64,000 nucleotides of DNA from Candidatus Latescibacterota bacterium. Lineage in GTDB: Bacteria; Latescibacterota; CBDEFO01. Shown piece by piece: positions 41,604-51,123 of this stretch. Every line of letters begins with the position of its first letter. Within the stretch, counting starts at the first letter, position 1. The stretch spans positions 1,344,001 to 1,408,000 of the forward strand of contig CBDEFO010000008.1 of NCBI GenBank assembly GCA_965237525.1. Reading direction: 5' to 3'. Under the pieces are notes generated by a model. That model made no database searches, was not told the DNA's origin, and was given only the letters and a program-made list of their open reading frames with translations. Made by a program: the position numbers and the translations under genes.

Positions 41604-42224
41604 ATGGCAAGAGAAGGTATCCCATTTTTGGCAGCGACTGCCCTGATTAGCGGGGCATTCTGGGGTCTCTTTGCCCTCTTTGGAGGAGCGGGCTTAAAGT
41701 GGATTTCTCTTTGTTCACTTACTATTCCCGTCTTTATAGCATATTTTTTCAGAGACCCGCAAAGAAGCCCTCCCCAGGGAGAGGGCCTTATAGTATCTGC
41801 TGCCGACGGCAAGGTAGTAGAGATAAAAAGCCTACCCGAAGGTTACCAGATAAGCGTATTCTTATCTGCATTTGACGTTCACATAAACAGGATACCCTTT
41901 TCGGGGAAGGTAACTTCTGTTGAACACCGTCCGGGGAGGTTCCTCGTAGCATCAAATAACCGGGCATCCTTTGAAAATGAACAGACCGTAGTAGGAATAG
42001 AAAGGGGGGATACAAAACTCCTTGTGAAGCAGATAGCCGGACTCTTAGCCCGAAGGATCGTGTGCAACTTAAAGGAAAACGACGATGTAGAAAAAGGTGA
42101 CAGATTCGGACTCATAAAGTTCGGCTCCCGCGTTGACCTTATCGTGCCTGAGAATACTAATATCCAGGTTAAGGTCAAAGATAGAGTAAAAGGTGGCGAG
42201 ACAGTCATAGCCACTTTAGTCTAG
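41604..42224 (+). CDS. psd: Phosphatidylserine decarboxylase
   Basis: FFRDP, DVHINR, QIAG, KFGSRVD. Confidence 0.95.
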   Translation: MAREGIPFLAATALISGAFWGLFALFGGAGLKWISLCSLTIPVFIAYFFRDPQRSPPQGEGLIVSAADGKVVEIKSLPEGYQISVFLSAFDVHINRIPFSGKVTSVEHRPGRFLVASNNRASFENEQTVVGIERGDTKLLVKQIAGLLARRIVCNLKENDDVEKGDRFGLIKFGSRVDLIVPENTNIQVKVKDRVKGGETVIATLV

Positions 42225-42257
42225 AGAGGAGAGTCTTTCTATGCAAGGACTTCAAAG

Positions 42258-42980
42258 ATGATCAATCCCAAAGATACGGTTCCGAGTCTATTGACGATAG
42301 GCAATATCTTGTGCGGCTTCCTATCCATTGCCTACAGCGTGGACGGTCGATTTGAGGCAGCCGCGTGGTTGATCGTTCTGGCAGGCTTTTTGGACACTTT
42401 GGATGGGAAAGTAGCAAGATTTATCGATTCTCCGAGCAAGTTCGGCGTGGAATTCGATTCTTTGGCTGACGTCTGCTCCTTTGGGATTGCACCCGCCTTT
42501 TTAATGTTCAACTACCGTCTGGACATGCTCGGCCCGTGGGGTGTGAGCATAGCGTTTATATTCCTGCTGTGCGGGACGATAAGGCTCGCAAGGTTCAACT
42601 CCCGTCTGATCGGCACTGGTAAGGAGCAGTTTTCTGGGCTCCCGATTCCCCCTGCTGCTTTGACTTTGGCCTCGTATGTAATCTTTAGTAACAACGTGTG
42701 GCCCGATCTGAAAGGCACCCAGATCGCAGTGTCATTACTGTTAGCCCTATCTCTTTTGATGGTCAGCACTTTCGAGTATGAGATCTTTCCCAGGTTCAGC
42801 TTCAGCTCGCTGGGGAACAGCATTAAGCTGATCTATGTCATCGTCGCTTGCATCTTGATGATTCCGTTTGCCGACGAGGTGCTCTTCCCGTTTGCTATGG
42901 TGTATGTCCTTTCAGGTGTGGCAAAGTGGTCTGTGCATCTTGTCACCGACAGAGAGGTGGCGGAGGAGATATCTAACTGA
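42258..42980 (+). CDS. pssA: CDP-diacylglycerol-serine O-phosphatidyltransferase
   Basis: DTLDGKVAR...G..FDSLAD, RLARFN, FSGLPIP. Confidence 0.95.
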   Translation: MINPKDTVPSLLTIGNILCGFLSIAYSVDGRFEAAAWLIVLAGFLDTLDGKVARFIDSPSKFGVEFDSLADVCSFGIAPAFLMFNYRLDMLGPWGVSIAFIFLLCGTIRLARFNSRLIGTGKEQFSGLPIPPAALTLASYVIFSNNVWPDLKGTQIAVSLLLALSLLMVSTFEYEIFPRFSFSSLGNSIKLIYVIVACILMIPFADEVLFPFAMVYVLSGVAKWSVHLVTDREVAEEISN

Positions 42981-43036
42981 CAGTCAAATTATGGTGCAAC
43001 GTGCGCTCCGTGCTACCACTCCATGAGGAAATGTAG

Positions 43037-43327
43037 ATGCTGAGCAGAGATAAGGGAATCGGCCTCTTAATAGTCTTCCTGTTTGCAGGCTCTTTGATAG
43101 GCAATATGGTTGGGGTGATACTGGGCCTTGTGTTCGATCTTGCAGACGTCTCCCAAGACCGTGTTGTGTATGAGGTTCTGGTCAGTCCCCTGGTCGCTTA
43201 CAAGTTCGGTCCTCTTCCCATCAATCTGATCCTTTTATCTTTTACTTTTGGGTTTGAGCTTCACTTCAATCTGCCGAGCATAGCCGGCCTTTTGTTAGCG
43301 TGGTATTATTATAAGTATTCCTACTGA
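43037..43327 (+). CDS. Small membrane protein (DUF4321-like)
   Basis: Hydrophobic; INLILLSFTFGFELHFN. Confidence 0.6.
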   Translation: MLSRDKGIGLLIVFLFAGSLIGNMVGVILGLVFDLADVSQDRVVYEVLVSPLVAYKFGPLPINLILLSFTFGFELHFNLPSIAGLLLAWYYYKYSY

Positions 43328-43384
43328 TTCAGAGTACAGCCGCAGTGTCCATGAAGAAGACCTGTCTTAAGGAGGTGCAACGTC

Positions 43385-43633
43385 ATGTTCGGACTAGGTC
43401 CCACGGAGCTCATAGTAATCTTCTTGGGAATTCTCCTTCTCTTCGGGGCAAAGAGGATCCCAGAGATAGCCCGCGGTATGGGCAAGGGGATCAGAGAGTT
43501 CCAAGATTCGCTCAAGGATGTTAAGAAGGAGATCGATGTGGGGAGCGCCGTTGAAGACACACAGGAAAGCTCCAACGAGCGTTCACAAGAAGCGCAAAAA
43601 GATGAAGGGAACAAGGCAGAAAAGAAGGAGTAA
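43385..43633 (+). CDS. tatA: Twin-arginine translocase subunit A
   Basis: GPTELIVI..LLFGAKRIPE.ARGMGKGIREF. Confidence 0.95.
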   Translation: MFGLGPTELIVIFLGILLLFGAKRIPEIARGMGKGIREFQDSLKDVKKEIDVGSAVEDTQESSNERSQEAQKDEGNKAEKKE

Positions 43634-43860
43634 ACGAGTACACAGTGGACAGAGGCACATCTCCCATCCCTTGAGTCCCCGATTGAATCTATCGGGGATT
43701 CGGGGTTTTCACCCCTCGCAATTACCAACGGTCTCAGCAGATGTCATCGCGAGCGCCCCCGATTGAATCTATCGGGGGGAAGCAATCTCGTAGACAGTAG
43801 TCGGAGAGGAGCAGGGATGCCTTGTATGCTGTCTACTGTTTGCTGTCTACTTGTTTGGGG

Positions 43861-45321
43861 GTGATTTTGTATCTAAATGAGATGAAGGCTCACGAACTTG
43901 TGGGCAGGATAAAAAACCACGAGGTAAAGTCCAGGGATGTGGTGGGAGCTCTCCTAAGGCGCATAGATGAGGTGGAAGAGGACATAAACGCCTTCATCAC
44001 GGTCTTACAGAATGAGGCTATCCAGAGTGCAGAGAGGGTAGACGAGAAGGCAAAAAAGGGCGAAAAGTTAGGTGCACTTGCGGGAATCCCTGTCGCTGTG
44101 AAAGACGTAATATGTGTGTCAGGTTCAAAGACTACGTGCGGGTCGAAGATCCTTGAGAACTTCATCGCACCGTACGATGCTACGGTATCCGAGAAACTGA
44201 AGGCCGCCGATGCGGTGATCATAGGCAAGACAAATATGGACGAGTTTGCTATGGGCTCTTCGACTGAGAGTTCTTATTTTGGAATTACGAGGAATCCTCA
44301 CGATCTCGACTGCGTCCCCGGAGGATCCAGCGGCGGGTCGGCCGCCGCTGTGGCTGCAAATGAGACGATCCTGGGCGTAGGCTCCGACACGGGGGGTTCG
44401 ATCAGACAGCCCGCCGCCTTCTGCGGAATCGTGGGCCTAAAGCCAACATACGGAAGGGTATCCAGATACGGACTCATAGCCTACGGCAGTTCCCTGGACC
44501 AGATAGGTCCGATGACGAAGGATGTAAGGGACGCGGCACTCCTTTTAAATGTGATAGCAGGCCACGACCAGCGGGATTCTACCTCCTTTGCTATTCAAGT
44601 TCCCGACTATCTTTCGAGACTTCAAAACGGCGTTGAAGGGATAAAATTAGGGCTTCCAAAGGAGTACTTCGCTGAGGGATTAGACTCACAGGTAAGGGAT
44701 GCAATATTCGAAACTGCAGAACTTCTGAAGGAGCAGGGCGCAGAGATCAAAGATGTGTCCCTCCCTTACACAAAGTATGCGGTGGCGGCGTATTACATCA
44801 TCGCTACGGCTGAGGCTTCTGCGAATCTGGCAAGATACGACGGCGTTAAGTACGGGTATCGGGCTGATGGCAGCGAAGATGACCTGATCCAGCTTTACAT
44901 TAAGACGAGGAGCCAGGGCTTCGGAGAAGAGGTAAAAAGGAGGATAATGCTCGGCACTTATGCCCTGAGCGCTGGATATTACGATGCCTACTATCTGAAG
45001 GCCCAAAAGGTGAGAACGCTAATAAAAAGAGACATCGAAAATGCCCTTTCCGAGTGCGATCTGCTGATTACGCCTGTCTCTCCGACGCCCGCCTTTAAGA
45101 TCGGAGAGAAGATGGACGACCCCTTGGAACTGTATCTTTCGGATATCTACACTATTTCGGTCAATATGGCTGGAATTCCAGCCATATCTATCCCTTGCGG
45201 CACTTCGTCAGATGGGTTGCCCATAGCCCTGCAGATCTTGGGGAGGCCATTTGAGGAGGATACGATCTTAAGGGTGGCCTACGCGGCTGAACAGGGTTTA
45301 ATAGCTGACGTTTGTCTCTGA
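43861..45321 (+). CDS. gatA: Glu-tRNA(Gln)/Asp-tRNA(Asn) amidotransferase subunit A
   Basis: [45 protein letters not shown]; start approximate. Confidence 0.95.
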   Translation: MILYLNEMKAHELVGRIKNHEVKSRDVVGALLRRIDEVEEDINAFITVLQNEAIQSAERVDEKAKKGEKLGALAGIPVAVKDVICVSGSKTTCGSKILENFIAPYDATVSEKLKAADAVIIGKTNMDEFAMGSSTESSYFGITRNPHDLDCVPGGSSGGSAAAVAANETILGVGSDTGGSIRQPAAFCGIVGLKPTYGRVSRYGLIAYGSSLDQIGPMTKDVRDAALLLNVIAGHDQRDSTSFAIQVPDYLSRLQNGVEGIKLGLPKEYFAEGLDSQVRDAIFETAELLKEQGAEIKDVSLPYTKYAVAAYYIIATAEASANLARYDGVKYGYRADGSEDDLIQLYIKTRSQGFGEEVKRRIMLGTYALSAGYYDAYYLKAQKVRTLIKRDIENALSECDLLITPVSPTPAFKIGEKMDDPLELYLSDIYTISVNMAGIPAISIPCGTSSDGLPIALQILGRPFEEDTILRVAYAAEQGLIADVCL

Positions 45322-45483
45322 AAAAAACATAGAACATAGGACAGTTGGTCTTGTACTAATTCTTTCCCTTTTTCCCTCCCGGTGTCCAGGTAGTATCCAT
45401 AGCCAGTCCATGATTGTATTAAGACATCTAACTCTATAACAATATATGAAGGAGGGGAAGCGTGGACAAACTCCATTTTTTGG

Positions 45484-45562
45484 TTGACAAATGTACTTTA
45501 CAATTATATACTTTAGCAGAAAATTTTGTATCTTTTTCTACTGAAATGTGATCTATGTCACA
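45484..45562 (+). promoter_or_regulatory. Sigma70 promoter and CRP/FNR-family box
   Basis: TTGACA(45484)-17-TATACT(45507); aaaTGTGAtctatgTCACA at 45547..45562. Confidence 0.7.
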
Positions 45563-45628
45563 GATTATTTCTTAAAACTGATTGATACTGTTTCTCTTTA
45601 ATAATAGCTAAAGGAAGGGGAGGAAATC

Positions 45629-46543
45629 ATGAGAGTAATCTATAGAGGAGACTTGGATGGATCCGTATGTGCGGCCATCTTGACAGAGTTAGGTATGTGC
45701 GACGAGCTGCAACAGGCTCATCCCAAGGATATGCAAGATGCGAAGGTGGACGTGACGGATCAGGATCTTATTTGTAACCTGCCATATCACCCGAACTGCT
45801 AAATGTGGTTTGATCACCATTCCAGCGAGATCACCAAACGGGAGATGCCCGAAAATTTCAGAGGAAGAGTTGATGTGTCACCAAGTACCGCGCACCTGGT
45901 TTACAATTACTTTCTTCCGGAACATCCGGAACTAAAAAAATACGAAGAACTTGTCCACGACACCGATCTTGTGGACAGTGCAAACCTTACCCTCGAACAG
46001 GTTCTGAATCCCAAGGGAGCGATTCTTCTGGGTCTCTTGCTGGACCCTCGTACTGGACTTGGGCTTCAACGTGACTTTACGATAAGCAATTTTCAATGGG
46101 TGTCCGGGATTCCCTTACTGTTGACCAAACATACGGTAGAGGAAATCCTTGAAATGCCCGACTCGCAGGAGAGGATCAAGAAGTACACTGAGATGCAGGG
46201 CATCGCCGCTTTGTTCTATGCAACGAATTCTCATCTGGATGACAATGTCATTGTGACGGATGTTCGCGGCAAAGAGATTCCATCGGCGAACCGCTTCTTA
46301 ATTTATACACTGCCTGGCCTTTCGGAAGGTAATATTTCTGTTCGGATTGCCGACGGAAAGAAAGACGAGTTCGATACCATCTCCGTTGCCCATTCCATCT
46401 TTGTAAGGACGTCTACTACCGATTCCGGAGAATTGTGCAAGAGATATGGTGGCGGAGGTCACAAGGGTGCAGCTACATGTCAGCCTTCCCTTAAGGATAG
46501 CGACCGGTTCTTCCAGGAGATCATCGAAGCCTGTAAAGAGTAG
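45629..46543 (+). pseudogene. DHH-family phosphoesterase with in-frame stop
   Basis: MRVIYRGDLDG...HPKDMQD...NLPYHPNC*MWFDHH...GGGGHKGAATC; TAA at 45800-45802. Confidence 0.85.
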
Positions 46544-46734
46544 CCCAATAGGAAGAGATGGACAGCGCTGGTCAGAAACTGGTCCCCGATAGAAGCAATC
46601 GGGATCGAACATTCACAGGTCTCCATACATTTTGAGGGAGCTTCGGTATATACGAAGCTTGAATACATATCGTTTTGCACAAGAAATGCTACAGACCCGT
46701 TCAAGGGGGAGGGGGAGTCCCCGTATGCTGTCTC

Positions 46735-47586
46735 CTACTCAGATAGTGGCGCGGCCTTAAACTCGCCCTTACCGTCCGACTCCACTTTGCCTATCGGTAG
46801 GGAGGGATCGTGGTCCCACATAAATATCCATCCCTCCTCCGATCCTACCCTGAGAAGCTCTAATTTTTTCATCATTGTATCGTAAGGGAAGAGATCGTAC
46901 GCCATGTTATAGGGACCCTTAAGGTGCGAGGTCGTAGGCATAATATCCGCCGGGAAGACGGCCTTTTGTCCCTTTGACTCGATCAACACTCCCTGATGAT
47001 GCCGGGTATGTCCTCCTGTCACAAAGACGCTCACTCCATCGCATATTTCGACATCACCTTCAAGAAGTCTTAAGACTTCGGCATCCATCAGTGGCGCAAA
47101 ATTGTCCCTGATGTAAGTCGTCTTCATCGTCCCGAAGTTGTTTAGGGCGTCCTTCCACTCGCCCTTTTGAACCACGTACTCGGCGTTAGGAAAGGTCGGA
47201 ACTATCTCCCCGTCCGAGTCATAGCGGGTCGAGCCTCCGCAGTGATCCAAATGGAGGTGCGACAGCACAACAATATCTACTTCCTCGGCCTCCACGCCCT
47301 CCTTTTTCAACGACGCCAAAAGCGTCACACTATCGTCTATCGCGTATATATCCTTTTGCCTTTGTCCTAACTTTGTCCCGAATCCCACATCCACCAGCAG
47401 CAACTTTTCACTTGTCCTTATCAAAGCGCAGTTCATCCCCATGTCTATCCTGTTCTTCTCATCTGTCGTGTTTGTCCTTTCCCACAGCGCCTTGGGTACA
47501 ATCCCGAACATCGAACCTCCGTCCAATTTGAACCTCCCGCCGCTGACCACCGTAAGCTCTACAGCGCCCATCGTTAACCACGTCAT
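46735..47586 (-). CDS. MBL-fold metallo-hydrolase (YtnP-like)
   Basis: LDGGSMFGIVPK, HLHLDH, GHT, HDP. Confidence 0.9.
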   Translation of the reverse strand: MTWLTMGAVELTVVSGGRFKLDGGSMFGIVPKALWERTNTTDEKNRIDMGMNCALIRTSEKLLLVDVGFGTKLGQRQKDIYAIDDSVTLLASLKKEGVEAEEVDIVVLSHLHLDHCGGSTRYDSDGEIVPTFPNAEYVVQKGEWKDALNNFGTMKTTYIRDNFAPLMDAEVLRLLEGDVEICDGVSVFVTGGHTRHHQGVLIESKGQKAVFPADIMPTTSHLKGPYNMAYDLFPYDTMMKKLELLRVGSEEGWIFMWDHDPSLPIGKVESDGKGEFKAAPLSE

Positions 47587-47726
47587 AATCTTAGATCCTT
47601 TCCTGCGCGTCTTTAGGCATTCAACTATATAGTGGTTCTGTTTTGTCTGAAAAGATAGAAACTAAACGTGCTGTCAGATCTGCTGGTAAGGGTGAATAGC
47701 ACCCCCGATCTGGTGTAGTTCTTAAG

Positions 47727-48689
47727 CTAAACGTAACGCTGTGGATTTAGCTGAAGTTCCTGGAGAAAATCGTCAACGATTCGCTCCTGGTCGTATTCAG
47801 GTTTCCAGTTCCACTCCTTTTGAGCATTGCTTTCGTCCAGTGGCAGAATGAATTTATCCACGATATCTTGTAGGTCTAAATCTGGCTTGAAATCAATCTG
47901 AGCACCGGGCACCTTGGCTTTCACAATGTCCGTCAATTCCCTGGCACTAGCAACGGGAGTAACCCCAGCAAGAAGATAGTTGACCGTTTTGATGTTTTCC
48001 AGAGGTGCCTCACTCAGCTGCACCATCGCTAGAGCCGCATCTTTAAAATACAGGACAGGGAACTCGGTTTCAGGCTTTACCCAGATCGTATATGGATTTC
48101 CCTGGGCACACTCCTCAATGACTCCGCAAGTGTATTGGGAAACTCCAGGAGTCTTCACCCCTGGTCCTACGATGGAGGGATATCGAACTCCTCTGAAATC
48201 AAGCCCATATTTCCTTTTGTAAAATAGCCCCATTTGTTCGCCGAATACCTTTGTGGCACCATAAAAAAGCTGGGGACGTTGAAGGGTATAATCACTAATG
48301 ACCTCTTCCTGGATATCGAGTCCATAAGTCCCGATGGAGCTTGAAAAAAGCACTTGCTGAACGTCAAACAGTCTTGCAGCCTCCAGCACATGAAAGGTAC
48401 CAAGGGCGTTCGCTCTAATAGCAGCAGCCGGATTGGCATCGGAAGGCACAGAAAGCATTCCTCCTAGGTGATATATCACTCGAGGTTGAGCATTCTTAAC
48501 TGCATCCAGCACTTGGCTGAAGTTACCTAAATCACCCTGTACCATTTCTACTTGATCTTCCACGTCGTCTAGTCGTTTGATGGAAGGGTTGATATCGAAA
48601 ACGACCGGATTCTTCTCTCCTTTTTCTAATAGAAGGCGCACTACCTTTGCTCCTATAAAACCGGTACCTCCAGTAATGAGTGTAGCCAT
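47727..48689 (-). CDS. NAD-dependent epimerase / threonine 3-dehydrogenase-like SDR
   Basis: TGGTGFIG, YGATK, DFRGVRYP. Confidence 0.85.
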   Translation of the reverse strand: MATLITGGTGFIGAKVVRLLLEKGEKNPVVFDINPSIKRLDDVEDQVEMVQGDLGNFSQVLDAVKNAQPRVIYHLGGMLSVPSDANPAAAIRANALGTFHVLEAARLFDVQQVLFSSSIGTYGLDIQEEVISDYTLQRPQLFYGATKVFGEQMGLFYKRKYGLDFRGVRYPSIVGPGVKTPGVSQYTCGVIEECAQGNPYTIWVKPETEFPVLYFKDAALAMVQLSEAPLENIKTVNYLLAGVTPVASARELTDIVKAKVPGAQIDFKPDLDLQDIVDKFILPLDESNAQKEWNWKPEYDQERIVDDFLQELQLNPQRYV

Positions 48690-48822
48690 AGTGATCTCCT
48701 ACCTGACTTGGACAAACCGCTTCATGGCTTGTAGCCACATCCCCCTTCACACTACCACATGCGTTCGCCCCTACATTAGGCAAATTCGGAGTTTGTGTCT
48801 TTAAGCAAGACACAATAAACTG

Positions 48823-48863
48823 TTGACTTAAACGACCTTTGTAGGTATATTCACAAAGGTCGT
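48823..48863 (+). promoter_or_regulatory. Promoter overlapped by an 11-bp inverted repeat
   Basis: TTGACT-17-TATATT; ACGACCTTTGT-N10-ACAAAGGTCGT. Confidence 0.55.
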
Positions 48864-48905
48864 CTATCCCACAGAAGACGCTCTCCTGCTAAGGAAAAGA
48901 CATCT

Positions 48906-49130
48906 ATGAAAAAGTGCCCGTACTGCGCAGAGGAAATACAGGATGAAGCTATAAAATGCAAACACTGCGGCGAATTTCTACCGTTGGAGAGTGAACATCA
49001 CGACGACCGCCCACTATCAGAACCGGGAGTCAAATCCTATCAGTTGGGATGTCTTATTTCCATTGTACTTATCGTCTTGATCGTGTTGGCCTCATTCTTC
49101 GTATGCTTTAAGTATCCCCCCTCATTTTAA
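48906..49130 (+). CDS. Zinc-ribbon small membrane protein
   Basis: [17 protein letters not shown] plus a TM helix. Confidence 0.8.
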   Translation: MKKCPYCAEEIQDEAIKCKHCGEFLPLESEHHDDRPLSEPGVKSYQLGCLISIVLIVLIVLASFFVCFKYPPSF

Positions 49131-49142
49131 GGAGGATCACAG

Positions 49143-49436
49143 ATGGCAAAATACCAGATACTGCACTGGAGGAAGATACCCATTCAGGTCAAAGCCTTCG
49201 ATGCAGAAAACGAAGCCAAAGAACAGCTTCCAGAGCGATTCCAGGTCGCAATAGACGAACTTGCAATGGCACAGGGCGCAGTCGGAACAGACGCCTATCT
49301 GGAGGCGTGGGAATGGACTCCTGTAGAAGAGCAGGAAGGGACACCCGAAGAAGTTGCCAAAGCTGTAGCAGAGGAACTCATCAAGAACACCGACCTGAGC
49401 TCGTACGGTGGTGGACTAAGCATAGGGATTAGCTAA
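49143..49436 (+). CDS. Virulence_fact (PF13769)-like small protein
   Basis: WRKIPIQV, LPERFQVAID..AM..G....AYL..W. Confidence 0.7.
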   Translation: MAKYQILHWRKIPIQVKAFDAENEAKEQLPERFQVAIDELAMAQGAVGTDAYLEAWEWTPVEEQEGTPEEVAKAVAEELIKNTDLSSYGGGLSIGIS

Positions 49437-49515
49437 AAACCGATAAAACTATCTATCAAGTTAACAGATCCCGTTATCTTGTCAAGGTGAATATGTGCTG
49501 GTAAAAGGAGAATCA

Positions 49516-50250
49516 ATGTCAAACAGGAAAAAGATTCTAATAACGGGTGCTGCAGGCAAGATAGGAAGGGTACTCAAAGAAGGCTTGAAAGACGATTATG
49601 ACCTGCGTTTGATGTACCATAGAACCGTCCTGCCCGCCGAAGAGGGCGAGGAAGTAGTAATATGCGACATTGCAGATTTCGACTGCGTAAAGAAGGCTGT
49701 TGACGGAGTAGATACTGTGGTTCATCAGGCGGCAGACCCAGCGGTAGACGCCACTTGGGAGAGTGTCCTGCATTCCAATATCATAGGTGTATATAACGTC
49801 TATGAGGCCTGTCGTCAGTGCGGCGTGAACAAAGTAGTCTTCGCCAGCACAAACCATGTGACGGGATACTATGAGAAAGACGGGAGGACATATACGACGC
49901 CCGATATGCCCGTCAGACCCGACAGCTACTACGGGGCCAGCAAGGCTTTCGGCGAGGCTCTGGGGCGATACTACTCAGACGCATTCGGAATGTCTGTTAT
50001 CTGCCACAGGATCGGTTCTTTCATAGGAGGCGAGCCGGAAGAGGGGAAAGGGCGCATCCTTTCGACGTGGATGAGCAATCGCGACTACGTTCAACTGACC
50101 AGACTGTCCATAGAGACGGACGTAAAGTTCGGAATATTCTACGCCATATCGGGGAATACGAGACGCTACTGGGACATATCCAGCGCACAGGAGATTCTCG
50201 GATACAAACCCCAAGACGACGCAGAAAGATTCGCCGAGGAGGGTGCCTAA
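49516..50250 (+). CDS. NAD-dependent epimerase/dehydratase (uronate dehydrogenase-like)
   Basis: TGAAGKIG, FASTNH, RPDSYYGASK, RIGS. Confidence 0.85.
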   Translation: MSNRKKILITGAAGKIGRVLKEGLKDDYDLRLMYHRTVLPAEEGEEVVICDIADFDCVKKAVDGVDTVVHQAADPAVDATWESVLHSNIIGVYNVYEACRQCGVNKVVFASTNHVTGYYEKDGRTYTTPDMPVRPDSYYGASKAFGEALGRYYSDAFGMSVICHRIGSFIGGEPEEGKGRILSTWMSNRDYVQLTRLSIETDVKFGIFYAISGNTRRYWDISSAQEILGYKPQDDAERFAEEGA

Positions 50251-50311
50251 GGCAGCAGTCAGTACTAAGTAAACAGGTAGGCAGGGGGCACTATCCCCTT
50301 TCACCTGTCTA

Positions 50312-51052
50312 CTATCTAATGTCAAACGGGCGCGCGGCTACGGCTACAAATACACTCTTTGCACCTCCCTCAGTAAGCGTCTTTGCGCAGGAATCCGCCG
50401 TCGCTCCTGTAGTCAGCACGTCGTCTATCAGAACCACTTTCTTACCCTTAAGATCCTCATACTTGACAACGCGAAACGCCCCGTCCACGTTCTCGATTCT
50501 CTGGATGGGGTCTAATTTTGTCTGGACTTTTGTCCACTTCCACCTTATCAGAATATCCTCCCTCACCTCTATCTTCAGCGCATCCCCCAGGCTTTGAGCA
50601 ATAATTTCGCTTTGATTGTAGCCTCTTTCCCTCTTTCTGCTCCTGTGGAGCGGAACCGGAACGATCATATCGGCTTTTATCATCCTGCCATCGTCCCTCA
50701 ACAGTTCCGCCAACATGCCCCCTAATCTGGCACCGATGGACTTTTTCCCACTGTATTTGAACTGATGAATTATGTCCTGGGTTTTCCCTACGAAGATGGA
50801 CAATATCCGCACTCCACTGAAGTTAAACTCCCTTTTCCGACACCACTGGCACGGAGAAGCACTCTCAGCTAATGGCGCTCCACATCTTCGGCAGAAACCT
50901 CTATCGATCAGCTCCACATCACCCCAGCATCCCTCGCACACCACATGCTCGTCCCCCTCCAGATAAGACTCACAGACGCAGCAGTGAGGAGGGAAGACAA
51001 AATCGAGTAGCGATCCGTACAGCAAGGCTGTGAAATCTTGTAATTTCATCAT
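50312..51052 (-). CDS. comF: ComF family protein (double zinc ribbon + PRTase)
   Basis: CxxC pairs, RGYNQS, LIDDVLTTGAT. Confidence 0.9.
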   Translation of the reverse strand: MMKLQDFTALLYGSLLDFVFPPHCCVCESYLEGDEHVVCEGCWGDVELIDRGFCRRCGAPLAESASPCQWCRKREFNFSGVRILSIFVGKTQDIIHQFKYSGKKSIGARLGGMLAELLRDDGRMIKADMIVPVPLHRSRKRERGYNQSEIIAQSLGDALKIEVREDILIRWKWTKVQTKLDPIQRIENVDGAFRVVKYEDLKGKKVVLIDDVLTTGATADSCAKTLTEGGAKSVFVAVAARPFDIR

Positions 51053-51123
51053 GATCTGTGTTCAGTTTTAAAGGATTGCATGTCATTCTTCAGTTAGGTT
51101 CAAAATTTTGTGTCTGGGTTAGC

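Larger units (their letters stand above)
14908..46604. repeat. Dispersed 21-bp hairpin repeat CCCCGATTGAATCTATCGGGG, 13 copies
   Basis: Copies start at 14908, 15934, 17420, 19314, 28288, 33565, 33821, 34555, 39363, 41339, 43677, 43757 and 46584, in both orientations. Exact matches are at 33565, 33821, 43677 and 43757. Confidence 0.9.

Noticed and set aside
9862..45802. Stop-codon reassignment or pyrrolysine readthrough to explain in-frame TAA/TAG
   Set aside because: TAA and TAG end many intact genes here, and several affected genes carry other lesions (frameshift, lost Cys).
14908..46604. 21-bp repeats as a CRISPR array
   Set aside because: They are dispersed, in both orientations, with no regular spacers and no cas genes.
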